Below, in pieces: positions 14,312 to 28,519 of a DNA stretch of 64,000 bases (positions are counted from its first letter, which is position 1; every line of letters begins with the position of its first letter). This DNA comes from Selaginella moellendorffii (lineage: Eukaryota > Plantae > Lycopodiophyta): contig NW_003314269.1 of NCBI RefSeq assembly GCF_000143415.4, positions 1,309,544-1,373,543 of the forward strand. The letters are read 5' to 3'. A program made the translations under genes and the position numbers. Under the pieces are notes generated by a model. That model was not told the origin of the DNA and made no database searches. It saw only the letters and a list, made by a program, of their open reading frames with translations.

Positions 14312-17300
14312 ATGGCCGATCTGCAATCTCCTCCTTTGACTCTAGAGCAGCAGTTGGTTCAATTGCTTGATGCTATGTGCTTGCAATTGAACAACCAAAC
14401 TCAATTGATGGCGGCATTCATGGCACGTGGTCCAACTCCTCCTGCTCTTGGTGCCAATCCTCGCGTTCAGCCAGAGTTCTTTCGTGGAAATCCTGGGGAT
14501 GATGTGTACCATTGGTTCAATCACTTCACGGTGATTGCCATATATCATTCTTGGGATGATGCTCGACGTTTGCGTGAGTTTCCCACATGTCTCCAAGGGA
14601 CGGCGTTGCAGTGGTAAATGGATTGAGTGCGGCCACTCATGGGGATTGGAGTGTTTTTCTGGACGTCTTCAAACACGCCTTCGGATATGCCGACGATTGT
14701 GACGATGCCTTCCAACAATTGCATCACCTTTGCTAAGGGCCATCTGAGTCAGTGATGCAATTTGGTGTTCATTTCCGAAGTCTTTTGCTTCGCGCGGAGC
14801 CTAATATATCGGAGCGGATCAAGCTAGGAATGTTGTGGCCAGCACTTCGTCAAGATCTTGTTGGCCTTGTGCATGCACTTACTCCTGCCACCCTTGACAA
14901 TGCCCTTCACTTGACACAATGTTATGAGACGACGCCTCTTCCACTTCTCGCTACACATCCTTCAGCTCCACTTCCTATGAGTGATAGTCCTGTTCCAATG
15001 GAGGTTGATGCTGCTGCTACTTGAGTCCACGGACAAGGGCGTGGACGTGGTCGTAGCCGTGATGTTTGTTGTTGGGCGTGTGAAGTTGGTCATACTTATC
15101 GGCATTGTCGACGCTTTCCGGATTGGTGACCTCCATTTCCTGGATGGAGACCTTGGCGTCAGCAACGTCCTGTTGGTGCTGCGGTGGAAGGTTTGGACAC
15201 CGAGGTGCATCCGGGAAACGAGGAGTCGCGCGAGTAACGGAGGGACCTTGCGCAAATAAGTTAGTGACCCCTCCATCTTTCTTTCGAGAGTATCATCAAG
15301 GGGTTCACTCGGCACCGGTTCATCTAGTGTTTACTTTCCAAGCTCGTTTTTATAACAAAAGGTCTCCTATTCTTCTCTCCGTGTTGGTTGATATAGGTTT
15401 GAGTTTAATATCTTCTATTGCTCGACCTGTTGCCACACGTTGTTGTCTACACTTGCGTCATGCAGCGGATCCAGTTTTCATTCTTTATGGCAACGGCCGT
15501 ACACATGCATGTGCATGAGATGAGGCGGACCTGGTTGTGCGTGTGGGCGATCTCGAGCTTGAGTTGTAGTCGTTGCGGGTGGTGCCAAGTCAAGTTTTTT
15601 ACCTCATTCTTGGTATGGATTGGTTGCAGTGCAATCATGCCAAGTGTGATTTTGAGGCTTCTCCCCCTTGTCTCATACTTCCTTATGTTTCATCCATTCC
15701 TCTCACTTCCGTACTTCTTTGTCCCTCTACTTCTACCTCTGTTTCTATTACTTTTGTTTCCCCACTATTTCTTCTTATGTTTCCATCTTGTTTTGCTCTT
15801 CCCTTTTCCGATCCATCCGAAGATCTTTGTGTTGCAACTGTTGATCGGCTCATGAAGGAGTATTTTGATCTCTTTGAATTTGACCTATCTTCTGGGGCCA
15901 AGATTGCCACATGTCATCCGATTCCAACCGGGGATGCTCGTCCAATCAAGGTTCCTGTTCGTCATCGGTCACCCAAGGAGATCAAGATTTTACATGCAAA
16001 CATCAAGGAGATGTTAGAGAAGGGTGTTATTCGGAAGTCGCGGAGTCTTTGGGCATGTGAACCTCATCTTGTGACGAAGCCTGATGGGAGTATTCGTTTC
16101 TGCGTTAACTATCGTCCGTTAAATGAAGTGACGATCCCGGATGTGTACCCTCTTCCTCACGCGGCTAATCTCTTGGATCGTCTAGGGCAAAGTCGTTGGT
16201 TCACCAAGCTCGATCTTGCTTCTAGGTACTAGCAAGTACCGATGGCTGAAGAAGATATTCCTAAGACTGCTTTTCGTACACCATTTGGTTTGTACGAGTT
16301 CTTAGTGATCCCGTTTGGTTTGAACAATGCTCCAGCAACTTTCCAACGGATGATGGACGAGGTTCTTTGTGATATGCCAGAGGTGACTGTTGACTTCATT
16401 GATGATGTCTTGATTCACTCGGAGGGGACGTGGGAGGAGCATATTCGTGATGTGTGTAAAGTGTTGGATCGAGTATGGGACATTGGTTTAAAGCTGAAGC
16501 GGTCGAAGTGCGTGTTTGGATCCAAGGACACAACTTATCTTGGGTACCGTATTTCTCGTGAAGGTTTGCAAGTTGATCCTGACAAACTTGTTGCCATTCT
16601 AAAGTTCCCTACTCCGAAGTGTGTGAATGATGTGCAGCACTTCCTGGGCAAGGTGCAGTATCTTGGTCGTTTTGTGGATCATCTTTTTGATCGCACTGCA
16701 CCATTGCGAGTGTTGCTAAAGTCATCAACGTCATCTTTCATCTGGTCTTCAGATTGTGAGCAGGCATTTGTGAATCTCAAAGAGCTGTTAATGACTCCTC
16801 CTGTTTTGGCATATCCTGACTACACTCAACCTTTTATTTTGCGCGTAGATGCTTCTGATATTGGTCTTGGAGGTGTGTTGATGCAAGAAAGCCCGAGTGT
16901 GCCTGGTCAGCGTCATCCCATTGCATATATAAGCCGTACATTACAACCAGCAGAAGTGAACTACTTCACCACAAAGAAGGAGTGTTTAGCGGCAGTTTGG
17001 GGTTTTGAGAAACTTCATGCATATCTACATGGTTCTCGGACATTACTTGAAGGTGACCATGTTGCCGTTACTTCATTATTGAAGTGGAAGAACCTGGTTG
17101 GTCGTACTGCTCGGTGGGCTTTAAAGCTTTAGATATATAATTTTGATGTTGTTCATCGCCCAGAGAGTTCTATGGCTGATGCTGATGCCCTTTCTCGAGC
17201 TCCTTTTCCTTCTCCACTCTCTTCTCATGTTTCTGATGAGCCTGTTGTTCCAGCATCTATGGATTTTCTAGACAAGGATTTTGTGCCGTCGGCGGTTGCT

Positions 17301-18690
17301 ATACTTGACATTCAATGTCCACAAGGTGCTGAGCAAGATTTACCTTCTCTTGATGAGGTTTGTGAGGCTCAAAAGATTGAGCCGTGGATTTGAAGGCTTC
17401 GAGATGCATTTGAGAATCCTACATCACTTACTGATGACTTGCCTTTTTGGCATTTACATTCTCAATATCGTCTTGAATATGGCCTCCTTTATTTTGTGGG
17501 GACGGATCCTGATAATCCTTTACGGCTGGTGGTGCCTTCTATTTTTATTCCGCAGTTTCTCCATGCCTATCATGATTCTCCTGTTCTAGGTGGGCATATG
17601 GGACATCATCGTGTGACTGAGAAGCTGTGCAGGTCTTTCTATTGGCCAGAGATGCGACGTGATGTTATCCGGTATGTGCGTAGCTGCGTTTGGTGCCAAG
17701 CTCGTAATACTCCCCCTTGTGCTGCGAAAGGACAGTTGGAGTCAATTGCAGTTTCCCGTCCATTTGAATTGGTGGCGTTTGATCTTATGGGACCTTTTCC
17801 ATGGTCAACTACTGGCAATGAGTATGTTATTATTACTTCTGACTACTTGACTCGTTGGGTGGAAGTTGGTGCTTTTGCTAGCGCCTTTGCAATTGTTGTT
17901 GAATACTTCCTCCTCAATCGAGTGGTGTTCCAGCATTCTTGTCCAAAGCGGATTCTTTCGGATAATGGTCCTGCATTTATGGCTGAGGTATTTCATGTTT
18001 TGACGTCTCGGTTAGGGATACGCCACACTTTTACGAGTGCTTATCATCCACAATCAAACGGTCTGGTGGAACGGCTCGTTCGGATATTCAAAAGGATGAT
18101 TGCGATGTGAACTTTCAGCATTCGGATTGGGATGGTTATTTGCCATCTCTTCGGTATGCTTATGTCACAGGGGTGCAGAGTTTTGTTGGTGCTTCATCAT
18201 ATAAACTTCTATATGGTCATGATCCAATATTACCAACGGAGCTGGGTTTACCTTTGCGATTGCCACGAGCTCCTGATGCTAGGTCATGGGATCAATATTT
18301 GATGAGCATTCTTCCACTTTTCTGAGCAGAGTCTGCCGAACACTTAGGCTGCGTACAAGTGGGACAACAACGGCGCTACAACTCCCATCATCGTCCATCT
18401 ACAGAGTACAAAGTGGATGATTTGGTGTTAGTCCGTTTTCCCCATCTTACGGTACGTGGTTTATCTAAGGGGCTCCTTGCGCAGTGGAAAGGACCATATC
18501 GGGTGTTGCGGCAAGTTGGACCACAAGTTTATGAGGTTTGGCATGACGTTCAGCAGGCTAATCTTGCTTCATATAAAGGGATTAGGAGCAGTTAATACCG
18601 TCTACAGATCCGCAATTGCCTCCTCCTAACGTTCCTCCAGATCCCGGCCCATCTACAAGAGAACCTTGACGGCCTTCCATTATTCCGAGA
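14312..18690 (+). pseudogene. gag-pol of the Ty3/gypsy element, fragmented by stops and frameshifts
   Basis: gag PEFFRGNPGDDVYHWF and PVPMEVD; protease ILGMDWL; RT RFCVNYRPLN, PFGLNNAPATFQR, FIDD; RNase H VDASDIGLGGVL; integrase H-H-C-C, FDLMGP, SDNGPAF, NGLVER; GPY/F motif WKGPY. Confidence 0.95.
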
Positions 18691-18701
18691 GGAGGGGATG
18701 A

Positions 18702-18876
18702 TGTGAGGGCCAAGTGTACGGCTACAATGCCGTATACTAATATTAGCGTAGTGGGATTTTAGTAGCCGTCGGATTGGTTTCAATCCGGACCACTCGCTCC
18801 TGTATATAAGCTAGGGTTTTTGGGTTAATTGAGAGGCATATTTCTGTATTCCCTTTCCATATTCCATGCACTCACA
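18702..18876 (+). repeat. 3' LTR of the Ty3/gypsy element
   Basis: Preceded by PPT gagaggagggga; direct repeat of 13904-14078. Confidence 0.95.
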
Positions 18877-19197
18877 ATGTGAATTTGAACATTAAATGAA
18901 TAGCAAATGATATGTTCTGAGTTGGGCATTAAACACAAAATATTTATCAAGCACAAAATAGTTAACATTGTTTATAACTACTTCCAAGAGCTCTGGCTCA
19001 ACCAGGTCCTCCCAGAGTGTTCAACAATGTCCCCTTTTTCATGTCACAGTTCTGTCACCATTGTGACATGTGATGGATTGGAGCGAGCTTAAAAGCAGGA
19101 GAACGAGGACGCAACCAAAGCTTCACAGGTGTGAGAGGTCGCGAGTTCGACTCACAACTATCGAATGATTTTAACCCTAATTTCTAGGGTATCAGGC

Positions 19198-21163
19198 ATG
19201 GCTCCAAAGCGTGGCTCGGGAGAAATGGAAGTTGCGTGTGTGCAAGGTGCGCAAAAGAGGTGGGCATTCTCAGCAGGCATGAGCGTGGAGGAGGCACTAG
19301 GCCATATCTCGAGGGAGACAGAAACGAGCGCTCATCTGCTGGTGCTGGAATCCAAGGCAGGAGAGGCAGAAATCATTCTGGCGAGGGACTCCAAGCTTGC
19401 TGCTAGTGTCGATTATAGGGTTCGGGTTGGAACCGAGTCACTTCCAAAGCGATGATTTGTAGCTGGGCTTGCAGTCGATCTAGTGTCACATTACTACATC
19501 ACCCCCGACATGGATGACCTGGTATCCAACCTGGCGCAAGGTAAGTACTGCGTGCTGTGTGGCCCTCGGCAGAGTGGAAAGACGACAATGGTGCTGCAGC
19601 TCAAAGGATGCTCATGTTACAGTCCAGAGCGACTTTGGTCTACCTAGAGGGACTAGAGGGTGCGAGGATGAGTTGGAGCAGCCATGACTTTTGGGGCTAT
19701 CTCTGCGACAGCCTCACCTTGAAGCATCCCACTTTCTTCCCCAAGCAGCAGCTACCATTTTATACATCTCTCGTCTTCAAGTCGCTCTTCGCAAGGAGCA
19801 AGCTGCCGACACTGGTGACTGTCGTCCTTGACGAGGCAGATTCTCTGCTGGACGTACCGTCGGACATCGTGCACGAGTTCTTTGCCACCATCAGAAGCAT
19901 CAAGAGCGACAAGAATGCGTACAACTTGCACGGCTTCCTGCTTGTTGGGGTGGAGACTGTAAAGGATCTTCTTGAAGCACAATATGACATGCGTGTTGCG
20001 GATGCAGCAAGGACTGATCGCACGTATATGCCGAGTTCTACTCCAAGTAGGGTGTCTCCCTTTCCGCACGACCATGTCTTGGCATCCTCGAGGTTCACTC
20101 TGGAACATGTGAGGGAACTGCTACAGCAAGCAGTAGCAGATCGTCCAAGTGTGGCCATCGAGGTAGACAGCATTGCAGCGTCGATAATCCAGTGGACCGG
20201 CGGTCACAAAGGCCTTACAGGCACTTGCCTGGCTTACCTTGTTCAGGAGCAGCTCTAGACGTTCAGGTGCTGGCTCCGGCAAGTAGAGTCGTATCGCCTG
20301 GGAACCTACATATTCGGACAGGCTACGTACAGTAGGATTCTTGGCTTCATTCAGAAACAGGAGCAGGATGCCGAGGCATGTAAGCTGCTGATCCGATACC
20401 TGGAGACTCCTGGTTTATATTGCGGACCAGAGACACTAGTGCAACTCTGCGATTTTATTGCACACGGGGTGCTCGCAGCATCTGCGGTTACAGTTTTGGA
20501 CAGTGACGATGAGAAAAGTGAGGAAGAAACGTATTATGTACGCATTTCTATGCCACTGCTTCGGACTGCTATGCTCCGGAGGTGCACCGTCTTCTGCGAT
20601 GACGTGGATGCACCCCCTTGTGCTACTCGACTCGACCACGTGTGGCTCCTCCTCCAGGCCATCAAGACCCTGGACGGAGAAGTTATGTGCAGGCCCGAGT
20701 GCTTAAGAGCTAGAGGAGCAGGTCCTTCTAAATACACACACCAGTTCCTCTTCCTATGCAGGATGGCACCATCTTGAAGCACGCTTACCCTTGCATTCCA
20801 GTGACAGTGCTACCTGAAGTCAAGGAGGAGATTGTGCTAGATCAGAGGCGGTCTGAGATGCGCTGTGACTTTCTAATTTGCGACGGTCCCAACTTCTCCA
20901 AGTTTGCAGTGAAGCTTGTTGCGAACGGTACTATGACACAGGTACTTGAGCACGTGACAAGGGCACTTCTTTACCATGATCAGTATTCAGCACAGATTTT
21001 CGTTATCAACTTCTGCATGGACAGGCCCAAGGGGCAGGAGCACATTGTGGTTCCTGGTCATGACTCGCTTGTTTTTATGTCCATCAACTTTCATCCCAGC
21101 AAGTGCACGGCAAGTGTCACCATTGTCGACTCAACTGGCAAAAGAGAGGTGGAGGTGGTGTGA
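19198..21163 (+). pseudogene. Crinkler/RHS-type gene: N-terminal header, AAA+ NTPase, PD-(D/E)xK nuclease; disrupted
   Basis: Walker A GPRQSGKTT (19561-19587), Walker B VVLDEAD and C-terminal RCDFLI...FAVKLVA. In-frame stops at 19453 and 20256; frameshifts near 19610 and 20770. No coding introns seen. Confidence 0.75.
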
Positions 21164-21689
21164 CTTAAAAATTGGAGCGGATATATTTCGTTTGAGGATG
21201 CCTTTGTTATGATCCGGCACAAAAAGACAAAGATCTAGTCGCCTTAGACTATGTTATGCCACTTCTTGAGGTTCCTCACCACCCAACCACCCTAGAGCTA
21301 CCTCATTCTTAATGTTTTAGTGGCAAATAGGTATTTTAAACAAAAGAGTAATTTTAATAATATCTAGATCTGGGTGGCAATATTTCCTACTTAATAGAGG
21401 TTTTGATTTCTGACTTAATTTAATGAATATATTCACTATATTTAGTTTTATTAAATATAAAATTATTACTATAAATCCATTTGAGTGTAAAGCTCCACTA
21501 CGCTGCTGCTCCACTGTGAACCCTAGGGTAGGTTGAGTCCCTTACCCTAACATGCTTTAATACCCTTGAGCCGATGTTGACCATATGGTCAAAATTGGCA
21601 CCTAACAATTCTTCCCCCCCAACAAAGTCCTTGTCCCAAGGATGAATTGTATCAGTGATCACCCTTTTTGGGGAACTTTGCTCAAGCTC

Positions 21690-24600
21690 TTGGTCTATCA
21701 TCATCAAACAAAATTCAATAGCCAGTGTATCATAAAGAAAACTCAATGACAAAACTAACTATAAAAGATTGTAAATAACATGCTAAGCAACTTATGTTAG
21801 ATAATTCAAAGAACACAAAGTATCATTGATTAACAAGAAAAATACTCACAAATGTATTCCATAAAGGAAATAACATCCAATCTATTAAAATTAACTATAG
21901 CAACAATCAACAAAATAGAATGAATGTTGCAAGATCAACAAACACTTATTTATGCTAATTATCATATTATCCAATCTCAATAAATCCTAGTCAATGTACT
22001 AAGGGACTCAAGTTTCTTAATCAAGAGCCAATGATATCTTACTGATGTCTTAAACTGAAGAAACTAATCCAAAGCAAACCACAAGATTTTGTGATATTGC
22101 GAAAAGCCAAAAGCTATCAAAGATAATAACTAACTATCATGAAAGATCATCAATCATCTCATCAATAGAGATATGCATAATCATTTTGGAAGAAATTATC
22201 CACCATCAAATCATTTACCACTAATAACAACCAAGTGAAACTTTTAACAAGAATAATCAACTATCCTAAGATGATTATTATTCATCATCAATAATTGCCA
22301 AATGTAAATACTAACTTCAACATTGAAGTTAATGAGCCAAATATGCCTTCCCCAACAACTCGTAAAAAATAAAAATAATGAGCATAAGAACTTAAAGAAC
22401 CAAAAGTTTAAAGAAGCCTATAGCCAAGTTTTGCATAATAATTATCACAAGTCTTGTATGAACTAATTTCAATGTTAAAGAAGAAATCATGGTACAATCC
22501 ACAATATCCTCCTCAACATATCTATAACCTAAACTTTATAATGCAAAGCTAATAAATAGCATATTTACATCAATTCAAAAGCCAAACATAATGAAGTTAT
22601 AGTTAACAAGTGACCACAAACTAATCCTCTATGAATCTATTTTTTATAGCAATATGTAACTCACTTCATAACAAACACAAAAAGAATCATCAATAATCAA
22701 TATATCCCAACTCAAATCTAACAAGGATTTAAACATTCTAATATTAATCACTAATTCTTCCTCTCGTAAAGTTAATATAGCCTATGACTAAGTCACTTTT
22801 CAAAAAAAAGCTAAAACTCAACCCCTACTAAACAATCTCATCTAAAACACAACTAACTCAACTTGGCGTGAGTTTAGTGTTTGGGTTTTATGAAGGCAAG
22901 TTGAGTGATTATTGGTTGCTCTATAACTAATAATTGTTTGTAAATTTCAACAAGGACTATTAACATTTACTTCACTCAATGATGATTCAACAATAAACTT
23001 GTTTTACTAGATGGTGTTGTGGAGGATGATGTTGTGGCTTGTATACCTTTCCCATATTGGCATGTTAATTCTACCCTTGTTGATATCATTTTGTTGCGTT
23101 TAGTCTATGGTGTTAGATTATATTGAGTCTTAGACATGGTGAATCACTCATTGATGATGTGTTATCTATAACTAAGTTATGCTGAAGGTTTAGTGTCGAA
23201 TACTGAGTAAAGTATTTTCTACCTTAGTTAACTTGGTTGCTAAAGAACTTTGAGTGGTGATTTGCTTTTGCTTTCTCTTAGCTTTGTTTTGGTGTTGATG
23301 ACATTGAAGTGATGCCTTGTTATTGATATTATTGTTGTTGAGATTTGAGTGAAATGAGATATCTTTTCATAGAATTGATATTGAGTTTCATAGTCTTGAT
23401 GTAGATAATGTTAATAATTTGGCTATAGCTTTGTGTTATTGGCATTCATGCATTTTCTGGTTAGCAATTATATTGACGTTCAAATGAACTAAGTGGCATT
23501 GAGTCAAATACTTGTCCAATAGAAATGTACACTCAAAGTACCAGATATAGGAACATGGACAAACACAGACTAAATAACCATTTGAATCCAATTGAACCAC
23601 AATAGCTCACTAACACATTTAGCCAATAGCTCTGAATATGCTTTGAAGAGGCTAGTTATGCATGATCAACACTTAGTTGAAACTAAAGTGAAGACCATAA
23701 GATAGATTTATATTGGTACACAACCTCTTCATAGACAAAACTATAATATGGGTATTAATATCTTAACCTCAAGCAAGTAAGTTAAACAACACTTATTCTC
23801 AATCAAGATGCAAGGTCACCAAGACCAAGTGAAAATTAGTGAGAGCTCACTACTCTCATAGAGTTTAATGAAATGAAAGTTGCAACCTACTACCAAACAT
23901 AATGCTACAAAAGAAAGGTAAAAATGGTTATCTTTTTACACCAACTCTAGACTCTATTTAACTCAATTGCCTTAGCCCCAAAAGCTAGCATCTTTTTCAA
24001 GTTACATCATATAAATTATATACTAAAATCTAAGCTAACCAAAGTCAACTCCAACCCTTTCACTAATTTATACTGATTTACGAAAATGGAATGGTTTTCA
24101 AGAAAAATGATTAATAGAGTAGCCATGGAAAAGTCTAAGAAAATTTATGGAAAATTTTCTATTCTAGAGAAAGAATGACTCTCAATTTAAAAATACAATT
24201 CTCAAGGCTCAATCAACTTCCTCCTATTAACAAATTTATATAAAATCACCTCAACACAAATTCTCATGACCTAACAATATGTCTAAACATCGAACATCTT
24301 GCCCATATTTCCAATATTTAACATTGACATCTATAAAATGCAAATGAATACCCAAGACCTGATCATAAAGACCATATCTTTAGATATTCACATTGCACTA
24401 ACACTCTTCTTTAATCACCTTCAAAATCCAATGTGAAACCAAAACACTAACAAGAAAAATGATATGGAAAATCAAAGTCTAAAAAAAATTCCTCATTACT
24501 CAAAATAATAATGCCTCTTCCATTGATACAAATGCTAGTAATATCAATGCCTCAACTACACATCTTCTCCGTCTAACAATCTACTCTAAATGTTAACAGA

Positions 24601-25921
24601 TAAACTAACAAGCCATAACAAGTGAATGCTATAACCTTTTTCAACACCTTAAAGGCAACCCCTCAAGAATCAATGTACCACTCAAGCTTAGCATAATATA
24701 CCATCACTAAGAACCAAGTCAAAGCTACTTCAATGTTATTTACTTACAAGTAGACTAGCTTCACCATCAACCATTTTAGAGTTGATTATCGTCTAACCAA
24801 GGCTCACAATCACATGAATATGATATAGAAATCATCATTAATTGAGCAACACCACGAGTAACACCTATGTCATTACTACAAAAGTTTATATAAATATCAA
24901 GTGACAACTTGATTCAACAAAATGCAACATAAATGCCACATTCCACTGATAGAGATTCACAACATAGACAAGCTCATGCCACTTTTTATATGACCAAAAT
25001 CAAAACTAATCTAACACCAAACTACTCAAAGAGAAATAACAAAATTCTCTAGAAAAGAATTGAGCATTGTAGCCCAAGTGTTTCAATAGTAAGCCTAAAC
25101 AAAATAGTTTAGCCCTTTATCACTATTCACCCCAACACTTACCACTTGTAAAACCACCATAACCAAAATACATCAAGATAGAGACTCTCAATTGCATAAT
25201 ATAAACACGAGCAATGAATTAACACTTTGTTGCAAATCATCTCTTCAAGAAAATAAAATAATTTACATGTTTAATCCTATCCCTAAGGACTTTTTTTTCA
25301 GTCTCATCTTGACTAAACCTTAAGCTTGTGTTCTCATTGCATTCAGTCCAATCCAAGAAAAGTTTATGAAATCCAAGCATAGCAATAATTACTTGAACCA
25401 ATAAACTAATCCCTATAGTCTTGATTAATCCACAAATAATCATACCTAGGAAGGATCCACTAGTGCTATGCTAAATAACTATGTACCAATCTATTTGCCA
25501 CTCATAGCAAACCTAGGGGAAATTTACTTTTACCCACGATAAATGGAACTACTCATGGTAACCCCTAATAGGGTAATAAATCTTGCCAACTCAAAGTGTA
25601 ACCTTGAGTTGCTAATGTGCCTCATTCATGAGCCCAAGTATAAACTCATGCAAAATGGTACATTTGAAATCCATCCTATGAGCCCAAGTGAAAGCTTATA
25701 TAATCTAGTATGAAAATGTAACTAAAATCCATACCCAAAGAACGAATGTAAAGTTATTACTCCCAAATGTGTACCCACTTGGATATCATTTTCATCTATA
25801 CATATGTAACAAGACTAGTTGCCCTATCTCATTGAATAGTACTCACTAAAACTCAACTTCTAATACCAAATGTAATACATGTGATTTTTACCCTTTATCC
25901 TATAGAAATTTACCATAGGAT
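21690..25921 (-). mobile_element. Second eroded, partial reverse-orientation LARD copy with an internal inversion
   Basis: Colinear with the reverse complement of about 34170-29810, except 22865-23498, which is forward. PBS complement ctaataccaaa near 25860. The LTR is interrupted at 25922 and resumes at 28520. Confidence 0.8.
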
Positions 25922-28519
25922 TGTTAAGGCATGGCCACTTAAGAGAGTGTGAGAGTGAGAGAGAAAATATTCTAATTCCTAGAATATTCCTTATCTTCCT
26001 TGGTATAAAACTCTTGCCCCACTGTAGTGCACTTATCTTTTTCCCCTTAAGCCAATTGGAAAAGGGGCAATTGCTTGATGAAAAAGCCCTTAATGGCTAT
26101 TTTATCCCTATTTTATCCCCTAAAGTTCCAAGGATCCACAATGACAATATATCTAAATCTCATCTTATGATCACATACACTACACACACAAAGGCATTTG
26201 TCGAGAGTATTGAAGCATTTTTTCATGTTTGGGCAAGTATTAGGGGAGTGCCCCTCCTCCCCCCAACAAATGGTGAATCTGATGTGACCACACATTACTT
26301 TCTATTGCATCATTTCTCTTTTTTTCTATTCAACCACAAACTTTGATGAGTAATTTCTTGTTCCTTTTGCAGTAATTTGGTGATCTTATGTGTGTTGGAT
26401 AGATCTTGAGTTCCTCTTTCCAACAAGGTATGGCACTCATCAAGTTGTGTAATTTTTTAAGAGATACAATATTTCTTAGTTCAGTTTGGTGGACATTTTG
26501 GGGTTTCTTTTTTTTTTCCTAGATTTTAGGTTTAATTTCTTAAGACAGTTCATTTGGTTTATAGATCTGCCCTAGATCTACAAGTAGAGGTGATTTTTAG
26601 GGCTAGATTTGGGCAAATGTATAGCATGCAAAAGGATTTTCTTCTCTAGCTAGATAGAGGTATCTTTGCAATAAAAATTCATGCTTTTTCGAGCTTTGTT
26701 TTAGATGCCTTTTGTTTTTGGAGGTGCTTTTAGTCCTAAACTTTTTTAAAATACCAACAATGCCTTGGTATCAATTTAAATTAGTGACATGCAGATGTTT
26801 CCACAAAATTGGTGTTCCAGGCTATGTTTTTTTGGATCTCGTGGGATATTAAGGCATTTTTATCACAAATCCTTGGAATAGTGTGAGAGATGGGGCTAAG
26901 ATCTTATCAACGAGCCTACTTATAATCAAAATAGTGAAAGATCAAGACTAGGGTACTCATTTTTTTCTTTTAGGCTAAACTTTGGTGAGAGATTCTTGGG
27001 AAAGAAGCAATCTTTAGGGAGTAGGAGTAGGAGTAAGAGGAGGCACAAAAGCAAGAGGAGGCATAGGGGTAGGAGTAAGTGTAGGAATTGGCACTAGAGT
27101 ATGCGTAGGAGTAGAAGTAGAAGCAAGAGTAGAGAGGTTATTGGTTACTAGTTACCAATTACTAGTTACTGGTTACGGATTATTAGTTACCACAAGAAGT
27201 TAGCAGTTACTCTACCCCTAAGGGTCCACAGTTATATGTGCTTGAGGCCAGTCTACATCTCTTTCCATTTTCAACCTTGTTTCTCTTTGTTACAGGCATT
27301 TTGGGCAACTTTAAGCAACTTGTGAATAAGGTAAAGGGTTCTAGGCCATTTATTTTGGCCAAGGGCTCTTCTTTGTGTGTTTTAGAGATGTTTACAACCT
27401 TACTATTCATATCAATCTAGTTGTCTTGACCAGGCATTTGCAGTATTCAAGGTATTTAATACTAGTAGAGATTAGGTGTGTGGCAAATTGACACCTTATT
27501 ACCATACCTCAAGGCCCTAAGATACAAAGTAAACTTTTTAGCATTCAAAGGTAGTTTAGGTACAACACAGCACCTTCTCAAGCCAAATCTTCTTCATCTT
27601 CAGCAAATTCCAATAACTTAGATTTACAAGCTATGGTGCAGCCTTCTTTAGCTTGGCCCTAGCTCCATGTTTTGGCAGGGTGCTCACAAGTCTATTCCCA
27701 ACTACATCACCAGGTTTTGAGTGTATTGGAAGCAGTGTTAGGATCATAGAGTGGTCCAAGATGAATAGTAGGGAATCACAATATTTATAGTAGGTCTGTA
27801 TGAGAACTTGCAACGGAAACTGTTTAAGAAGACATTTGGGTCTTGCCGCAAGGCATTTTCATTTGCCACAAAGTTGGAAAGAGAGCTTCTCATCAATCTA
27901 GGGATTGCCAGAGTTGATTTCGACCAAGCCATCACCCCATCAAGGTCATCTTATGTAGTTATTCATTTGTCACCACCAAAGCCAAATATTGTTGAACACA
28001 CACCTCTAGCTATCAAGAATTTTGCTAGCAAGATATAGAAGTTAAAGGAGATCATTCTTCCACAATAGTCACACCATGACAAGCTACTCTAGGAACTTAT
28101 GGAGTTTAGGAAAGAGTTTGTTGCAGCTCGGGAATGCCGATTGAAGTCCCATTTGTGCACTCATTGCGAGATGAATACACACAACATATAACGCTATTTC
28201 AAGCTTCACCTAGAGCTTTGACTTCCACCTTCTCAATATGTCTAGCAACATCCCTTCACTGACAACTCATTTGGCATCAATAGCAAAGGTACACTCTACA
28301 CTCTTTGGAAGGTTCTTGCACATCTAGAATCAGTGCAATCCACCATAGTCTCATATTAGGGCGTGGCCACTTAGAGGATGTAAGAGTGAGAGAGAATATT
28401 CTGATTCTTGGAATATTCTTCATCTTCCTTATATAAAACCATTGCCCCACAAGGGCAAAAGGGGGGCATTTTCTCATGTTTGGCTAAGCATTGGGGGAGC
28501 ACCCCTCCTCCCCCCAACA
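25922..28519 (+). mobile_element. Deleted LTR retroelement (copia-like gag remnant) nested in the LARD LTR
   Basis: LTRs 25922-26269 and about 28354-28519 (tgttaaggcatggccactta / tattagggcgtggccactta ... cccctcctccccccaaca). Flanks ggat/tgat. Zinc-knuckle remnant CTHCEMNTHN..FKLH near 28155-28210. Confidence 0.7.
26023..26184. repeat. Solo-LTR-like insertion (TGTAG...CTACA) inside the 5' LTR of the nested element
   Basis: Absent from the sister LTR; flanks cccac/cacac; a related copy lies at about 44868-45017. Confidence 0.6.

Larger units (their letters stand above)
13904..18876 (+). mobile_element. Full-length Ty3/gypsy LTR retrotransposon (4,973 bp), inactivated
   Basis: 175-bp TG...CA LTRs, 4-bp TSD ATGT (13900-13903 and 18877-18880), PBS and PPT present. 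Domain order gag-PR-RT-RH-IN. Confidence 0.97.
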
